From Bacteroides sp. (GTDB lineage Bacteria > Bacteroidota > Bacteroidia > Bacteroidales > UBA7960), in NCBI GenBank assembly GCA_036351255.1, contig JAZBOS010000109.1, forward strand, positions 64,039-128,038: a stretch of DNA of 64,000 nt. Reading direction: 5' to 3'. Positions 58,642 through 64,000 of the stretch are shown one piece after another. The position numbers and the translations under genes are program-made. Each line of letters starts with the position of its first letter. The first letter of the stretch is position 1. Under the pieces are notes generated by a model, which was given only the letters and a program-made list of their open reading frames with translations, was not told the DNA's origin and searched no databases.

Positions 58642-60459
58642 ATGTTTTCACTTGAGATGGCAATTGTATTGGTAGTGCTTGTGGGAGCAGTTATACTGTT
58701 TGCCAGCGAGCGTTTCCCCGTTGATGTAGTTGCCATTATTGCCATGTCTGTCCTGGTCTTGTCGGGGGTTATCAGTCCTGAAGAAGGGGTATCTGGTTTC
58801 AGCAATTCAGCTACGATTACGGTTGCAGCGATGTTTATCATCAGTGCGGCATTGTTTAAATCTGGGGCTGTGGTTGGGATCGGCAACAAAATGGCGAAAC
58901 TGTTTCAGTACAATTTCTGGCTGGGTATCCTGCTGCTGATGGTTACCGTGGCAAGTATTTCGGCCTTTATCAATAATACACCAGTGGTGGCCATTTTTAT
59001 TCCTATTCTGGCCGGTGCTGCCGCCACTTCCAATCACAGCCTTGGGAAAATGCTTATGCCCCTGTCCTATGCTTCGATGTTTGGGGGATTATGCACCCTG
59101 GTCGGGACCTCAACCAATATCCTGGTCAGCGGGGTGGCTGCCGATCATGGCCTTGAGCCTTTTGCCATGTTCGAGATGGCTAAGATGGGCCTGGTGCTTA
59201 TGGCTGCGGGGGTGGTGTATATGATGACTGTTGGGATTCGCCTGATTCCTGATCGCGGAAATAGCGAAGGCCTGGTGAAGAAGTTTGGAATGGGCGACTA
59301 TCTTACCGAGATTGTCTTGCTTCATAATGCCCCTTCCGCTGGAAAATCCATTTCAGAATCCCCGTTGGTTAAATCCCTTGAAATAGATATCCTTGAGGTG
59401 AATAAAAACGGCCAGCATTTTATTATGCCAAGCGGTGATATGTTGCTGGAGGAGGGCGATATCCTGAAGGTAAGGTGTGATGTTAGCAAAATTAAAGCCC
59501 TCAAGGAAAGACAAGGCATCGCCCTGAAAAGTGACTTTAAGTTTAGCGAAAAGAAAATGCGAGGGGGGGAAGGCGAAAAAGAAGAGGAGAAGTTAATCCT
59601 TGTGGAAGCTGTTATTGCCCCTAATAGCCATTTTGAAGGAAAGACGGTTAAGGAGCTGGGCTTTCGCCAGCGCTATGGCGCCACAGTGCTGGCCATTCGT
59701 CACCGTGGCGAGATTATGCGTGATAAGGTGGCCACAACGGTCCTACGTTCGGGCGATACCTTGCTGATCGAAGTAGACCACGAAAGACTTCCTAATTTGC
59801 AGCAGTTGCAATTGCGGGGGCGTAATACGTTTTTAATTGTTTCAGAGGTTGGGTTTCCCGAGTTCAGGAAGGATAAGATATACACCGTAATTTTTACCCT
59901 GGCAGCCATCATTGCCCTGGCTTCCTTTAACATTCTTCCCATCATGGTTGCTGCCCTGATTGGCTCCATGTTCCTGGTAGTAACCAATTGCATCAGTATG
60001 GAGGAAGCCTATACGGCCATCGACTGGAAGGTGATTTTCTTGCTGGCTGGGGCCATGAGCCTTGGGGTTGCCCTTGATAACAGCGGGGCGGCAATGCTGA
60101 TCAGTGATTTACTAATTAACCTGGTGGGAGGCTGGGGGCCTACGGCTGTGCTTTCAATTCTTTTCCTCGTCACCACCCTGCTCACTTCGGCTATGAGCAA
60201 TAATGCAAGTGCGGTCTTACTGGCCCCCATTGCTATCGCCACGGCGGTTTCACTAAACGTGGACCCCAGACCCATGCTGATGGCCATTACCTTTGCCGCT
60301 TCCTCAAGCTTTATGACCCCGGTGGGCTACCAAACCAATACGATGATTTATGGCGCCGGAAGATATAAATTCACCGATTTTATCCGGGTTGGAACACCAC
60401 TTAATCTTATCTTCTGGTTTTTGGCCACCTGGTTGATACCGGTTTTTTTCCCATTTTAA
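58642..60459 (+). CDS. SLC13/DASS-family anion:cation symporter with two central TrkA-C (RCK_C) domains
   Basis: The 605-aa product has two multi-TM halves flanking two TrkA-C-like segments (..GKSISESPL..ILEV.. and ..GKTVKELGFRQRYGATVLAIRH..). Confidence 0.88.
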   Translation: MFSLEMAIVLVVLVGAVILFASERFPVDVVAIIAMSVLVLSGVISPEEGVSGFSNSATITVAAMFIISAALFKSGAVVGIGNKMAKLFQYNFWLGILLLMVTVASISAFINNTPVVAIFIPILAGAAATSNHSLGKMLMPLSYASMFGGLCTLVGTSTNILVSGVAADHGLEPFAMFEMAKMGLVLMAAGVVYMMTVGIRLIPDRGNSEGLVKKFGMGDYLTEIVLLHNAPSAGKSISESPLVKSLEIDILEVNKNGQHFIMPSGDMLLEEGDILKVRCDVSKIKALKERQGIALKSDFKFSEKKMRGGEGEKEEEKLILVEAVIAPNSHFEGKTVKELGFRQRYGATVLAIRHRGEIMRDKVATTVLRSGDTLLIEVDHERLPNLQQLQLRGRNTFLIVSEVGFPEFRKDKIYTVIFTLAAIIALASFNILPIMVAALIGSMFLVVTNCISMEEAYTAIDWKVIFLLAGAMSLGVALDNSGAAMLISDLLINLVGGWGPTAVLSILFLVTTLLTSAMSNNASAVLLAPIAIATAVSLNVDPRPMLMAITFAASSSFMTPVGYQTNTMIYGAGRYKFTDFIRVGTPLNLIFWFLATWLIPVFFPF

Positions 60460-60471
60460 ATATTACAGTAA

Positions 60472-61374
60472 ATGGAAAGTATTAAAAGTTTCTTTTTGTC
60501 AGCAAAGGAATTCCTGCAAGAGCCCCTGTTTAGCCTTGGAAAATCAACCTTTACGCTTTCAACAATATTATACCTGATCATCTCCATTTATCTGCTGTTT
60601 TTTCTTACTGCCAAATTGAAGAAACTCCTGGCTGATAAAATCCTGGCCAAGTATAATGTAGATATCGGGATAAGGCAGGCCATCAGCACCATTCTAAGGT
60701 ATGTCATCGTTACCCTGGGTCTTATCATCATCATTCAAACTGCGGGCATTGACATGAGCTTTGTAACGGTCCTTGCCGGAGCTCTTGGGGTAGGTATTGG
60801 TTTTGGCTTGCAGAACATTACCAATAATTTCGTGAGTGGGATTGTGATATTGGTGGAAAGACCTGTTAAAATTGCTGATCGTATTGAAGTCATTACGCAG
60901 TCAGGTGAAAGGATCTCGGGCGATGTAATCGATATATCTGCACGGGCTACCACTATTCTTACCAATGACAACATCGCCATCATTGTTCCCAATTCAAATT
61001 TAATCACTTCGGCTGTCATCAACTGGAGTTATAATGACAAGCGGGTCAGGTTTAATTTCATTGTTCCTGTTCACTATAGTGAAAACCCTGAATTGGTGAA
61101 AAAGGTACTGCTGGAGGTGGCCCGGGAGAATGACGGGATATTGAAGACGCCCATCCCTGACGTGTTGCTGGATGAATTTGGTGACAGTTCAATAAATTAT
61201 ATTTTAAGGGTTTGGACCTCCCGGTATATTCAGAAACCCGGTGTGCTGCGCAGCCAGTTGTATTATGCCATTGTGAAAAAGTTCAGGGAAAACAACATAA
61301 CCATTCCATATCCTCAAATGGATCTGTATCTCAAAGAAGTTCCGGATGGATTCATTAAGGCCCCCAAAGCCTGA
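60472..61374 (+). CDS. Small-conductance mechanosensitive channel (MscS family)
   Basis: It has three N-terminal TM helices, the pore helix ..LAGALGVGIGFGLQNITNNFVSGIVILVERP.., and a beta domain. Confidence 0.88.
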   Translation: MESIKSFFLSAKEFLQEPLFSLGKSTFTLSTILYLIISIYLLFFLTAKLKKLLADKILAKYNVDIGIRQAISTILRYVIVTLGLIIIIQTAGIDMSFVTVLAGALGVGIGFGLQNITNNFVSGIVILVERPVKIADRIEVITQSGERISGDVIDISARATTILTNDNIAIIVPNSNLITSAVINWSYNDKRVRFNFIVPVHYSENPELVKKVLLEVARENDGILKTPIPDVLLDEFGDSSINYILRVWTSRYIQKPGVLRSQLYYAIVKKFRENNITIPYPQMDLYLKEVPDGFIKAPKA

Positions 61375-61465
61375 TGGCGTTTCCCGGGGGAGTAGGTTTA
61401 ATTGCCTTATTTTGAATCAAAATTGAGTGGGTTTTAAAACAAAAAATAATACTGATAATCAATAG

Positions 61466-62968
61466 GTGATACTTTCCATTGAAAATATCCTGCTCATCGG
61501 ATCCGTGCTGATTTTTATCAGCGTGATTGCCAGCAAAACTTCCCTGAAGACCGGGATCCCCATTTTGATTGTATTTCTTGGCGTTGGGATGCTTGCAGGA
61601 TCCGACGGGATTGGGAAGATTCCTTTTGATAACCCTCAGATGGCTCAGTGGCTTGGGACTACGGCCTTGACCATCATCCTGTTTTCCGGGGGCCTTGACA
61701 CGAAAATGGAGAGCGCCAGGAAAATTTTAAGGCAAGGCATATCCTTGAGTGTCCTGGGGGTTTTGATCTCGGCTTTTTCCGTAGGCTTTCTGCTGCACTG
61801 GATCCTTGGTATCAACCTGCTTGAAGGCCTGTTGATCGGGTCGATCATTTCCTCTACGGATGCTGCGGCTGTATTCTCCATTCTCCGTTCACGCAAGACC
61901 GGCCTGAAGGGCAACCTCAGGCCCCTGCTGGAACTGGAGTCAGGAAGCAATGACCCTATGGCCTATTTTCTCACCATAACCTTTGTTTCCCTGATCTTGA
62001 ATCCTGAACAAATTGGGTTTTCACTGCTTCTTGTCTTTTTCCAGCAGATGTTCCTGGGGGCTGTCATTGGTTATTTCCTGGGAAGGGTCATGGAGTTTGT
62101 GACCAACCGGATCAAACTGGATTATGAAGGCTTGTATCCGGTCATGATTCTGGCCATGATGTTCTTTACCTATTCCATTACCGATTTTTTCAATGGCAAC
62201 GGGTTCCTGGCCGTTTACCTTTCAGGGATCATCCTTGGGAACAAGAACTTCATTCACAAGAAATCTGTTCTGAGGTTTTTTGATGGGATAGCCTGGATGA
62301 TGCAGATAACGATGTTTCTTGCGCTGGGCCTTCTTGTGTTTCCTTCCAAGGTATTGCCGGTGATGGGTACTGGCCTGCTAATTGCAGGCATCCTGATCTT
62401 TATTGCCCGCCCGCTGAGTGTCTTTATCAGCCTGGCCTTCTCCAGGATGCCCCTGAGGCAAAGGTTCTTTATCTCCTGGGTGGGACTCAGGGGAGCTGTG
62501 CCCATTGTTTTTGCCACTTTCCCAATGGTGTATGGATTGCAAAACTCCGAACTGATCTTCCACCTGGTCTTTTTTGTTGTAATCACTTCCGTCCTTGTGC
62601 AGGGCACCACCCTTACCCTCTCGGCAAGGCTATTTGGAGTGGAAGACAAGACGGCGAAGCCCAGCGACTATCCCCTGGAAAAAGAACTGATCGACCAGGT
62701 GAAGAAAGACCTGATGGAGGTTAAGATCACCCCAGGGTGCCGTGCCGCCAATAAATCCATCGTACAGCTTAACTTTCCCCGATCCGCTTTGATCGTAATG
62801 ATTAAAAGGGAAGGCCTCTACCTGACCCCGAGGGGGGATACGGTGCTTAAACCCGGCGACAAGCTCTGGGTCATTGCCGAAGACCAGGAAGAAGTCACCA
62901 ATGTAATGAAAAGCATTGGAGTCACCTCTTATCAAAAAAAACAAATTGATTCGGAAGAACAGGATTGA
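61466..62968 (+). CDS. K+/H+ (cation:proton) antiporter, CPA1 NhaP2-like, with C-terminal TrkA-C domain
   Basis: It has a GTG start, about 12 TM helices, the ..ISSTDAAAVFSIL.. motif, and a C-terminal RCK_C region (..GDKLWVIAEDQEE..). Confidence 0.85.
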   Translation: MILSIENILLIGSVLIFISVIASKTSLKTGIPILIVFLGVGMLAGSDGIGKIPFDNPQMAQWLGTTALTIILFSGGLDTKMESARKILRQGISLSVLGVLISAFSVGFLLHWILGINLLEGLLIGSIISSTDAAAVFSILRSRKTGLKGNLRPLLELESGSNDPMAYFLTITFVSLILNPEQIGFSLLLVFFQQMFLGAVIGYFLGRVMEFVTNRIKLDYEGLYPVMILAMMFFTYSITDFFNGNGFLAVYLSGIILGNKNFIHKKSVLRFFDGIAWMMQITMFLALGLLVFPSKVLPVMGTGLLIAGILIFIARPLSVFISLAFSRMPLRQRFFISWVGLRGAVPIVFATFPMVYGLQNSELIFHLVFFVVITSVLVQGTTLTLSARLFGVEDKTAKPSDYPLEKELIDQVKKDLMEVKITPGCRAANKSIVQLNFPRSALIVMIKREGLYLTPRGDTVLKPGDKLWVIAEDQEEVTNVMKSIGVTSYQKKQIDSEEQD

Positions 62969-62990
62969 TTTGATTTACCTGCAATGGCCA

Positions 62991-64000
62991 TCAGCTTTTA
63001 GAGCCGGTCATTTCATCCAGGATAGAGGCAAGGGTTTTGGTCAGGGTTTTCCTTGAGAACTTTTCTGTTCCTGTATTGCCTGAGTCAAGATTCTCTTGCT
63101 TAAAGTCTTCAGCAAACCCCTTTAACAGGACTTTCACCTTTTCCTGATCAGAGAATCCTGTTACTTTGCCGCTTTGGGTTTCCTCAATGATCCTTGCTGT
63201 GTCGCCCTCTTCTGGTCCAATGACAAGGATGGGCCGCTTCAGGGCCAGGTATTCATACAATTTGCCGGGAGTGATGCCCATCACGTTAGGGGTATCGTTC
63301 AAAGGCAGCAAAAGCAAGGCAGACTGCGAAGCCTGGGCAAGGGCCTGGTCGTGGGGAAGGTAATCAACTTTTTCAACAAAGGGGGTAAGGCCATTCTTTT
63401 CCAGGGCCTCCATCACCGAAATGTCGGTTTTCCCGATGAGCCTTATCAACAGGTTTTCTCGGAAAAATTCATTTTCCTTTACCAGTTCTGCCAAGGCATT
63501 CCACAGCTGATGAGGATTACGGTCGGCATTCAGAGAGCCGAGATGGGTGATGCTGAATGTATCGTAGGTAAAATCGGGTAGACCTTCAAAGTCCTCCGGA
63601 TCAAAGCCATTGGTCAACACTTCGATCTCCCGGGGATTAATGCCTTTCAGATCCTTTGCCCAGTTTTTGCTTACAATCAGGACCCGGTCAGCAAGTTTAA
63701 GCACATTTCTCTCCAGTCGTTTGTGCTTCTTGTCAGCCCAGCGGGTCAGCATCAGCTTGTCGTAAAAGTCAATCTGGGTCCAGGGGTCCCGGAAATCAGC
63801 TAGCCAGGGGATGTTCGTCTTTTTCTTGACCCCAAGGGCAATCAGGTGCATGGAATGGGGCGGGCCGGTAGAAACCATTGCATCAACCGGATTCTCTTTC
63901 AGCCATTGGGTCAGAAAGCGAACGGATGGCCGTATCCAAAAGCGGCGTGCATCGGGGATAAACAGGTTACCTCTCAGCCATGTGGCCATGCGCTCAGCCA
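62991..64000 (-). CDS. Glycosyltransferase family 4 (GT-B), 5' end beyond window
   Basis: The C-terminal GT1/GT4 region is ..PGKLYEYLALKRPILVIGPEEGD... The ORF is still open at the window edge, so the Met at 63989 is probably internal. Confidence 0.75.
   Translation of the reverse strand, partial: AERMATWLRGNLFIPDARRFWIRPSVRFLTQWLKENPVDAMVSTGPPHSMHLIALGVKKKTNIPWLADFRDPWTQIDFYDKLMLTRWADKKHKRLERNVLKLADRVLIVSKNWAKDLKGINPREIEVLTNGFDPEDFEGLPDFTYDTFSITHLGSLNADRNPHQLWNALAELVKENEFFRENLLIRLIGKTDISVMEALEKNGLTPFVEKVDYLPHDQALAQASQSALLLLPLNDTPNVMGITPGKLYEYLALKRPILVIGPEEGDTARIIEETQSGKVTGFSDQEKVKVLLKGFAEDFKQENLDSGNTGTEKFSRKTLTKTLASILDEMTGSKS

Overview
The window looks like a chromosomal segment of a Bacteroidota genome and is mostly housekeeping. 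Three things point to that phylum. The gene order is tRNA-Thr/Tyr/Gly/Thr, tuf, tRNA-Trp, secE, nusG, rplKAJL, rpoBC followed by a DUF3467 gene. There is an rpsU-xerC-hpf block. Several genes have TAnnTTTG-type -7 promoter boxes. Other recognisable content includes DPP-IV, a peroxiredoxin, purS, pssA, a Ca-type P-type ATPase, trmD and rplS. It also includes ftcD, fadD, queA and mnmD, an accC/BCCP/carboxyltransferase operon, rlmH, and a run of SLC13, MscS and NhaP2 membrane genes. I saw no CRISPR array, transposase, phage block or recognisable multi-gene defence locus. The parts not explained by ordinary annotation are:
1. Degenerate heptanucleotide tandem arrays start directly after stop codons and fill whole intergenic spacers. 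The clearest is 28 in-phase heptads between dinB and dnaE2. A second array of about 45 heptads lies between trmD and rplS.
2. A dispersed non-coding repeat family has three copies, each a perfect or near-perfect palindrome flanked by 11-bp tandem units.
3. A GC-richer dinB-dnaE2 cassette is transcribed divergently from an XRE-HTH/S24 LexA-like repressor, and there is no imuA.
4. An orphan 1039-aa protein has five N-terminal repeats, a TPR region and two CbbX/SpoVK-type AAA+ modules.
Functional interpretations of these four items are inference. The repeats themselves are read directly from the sequence.
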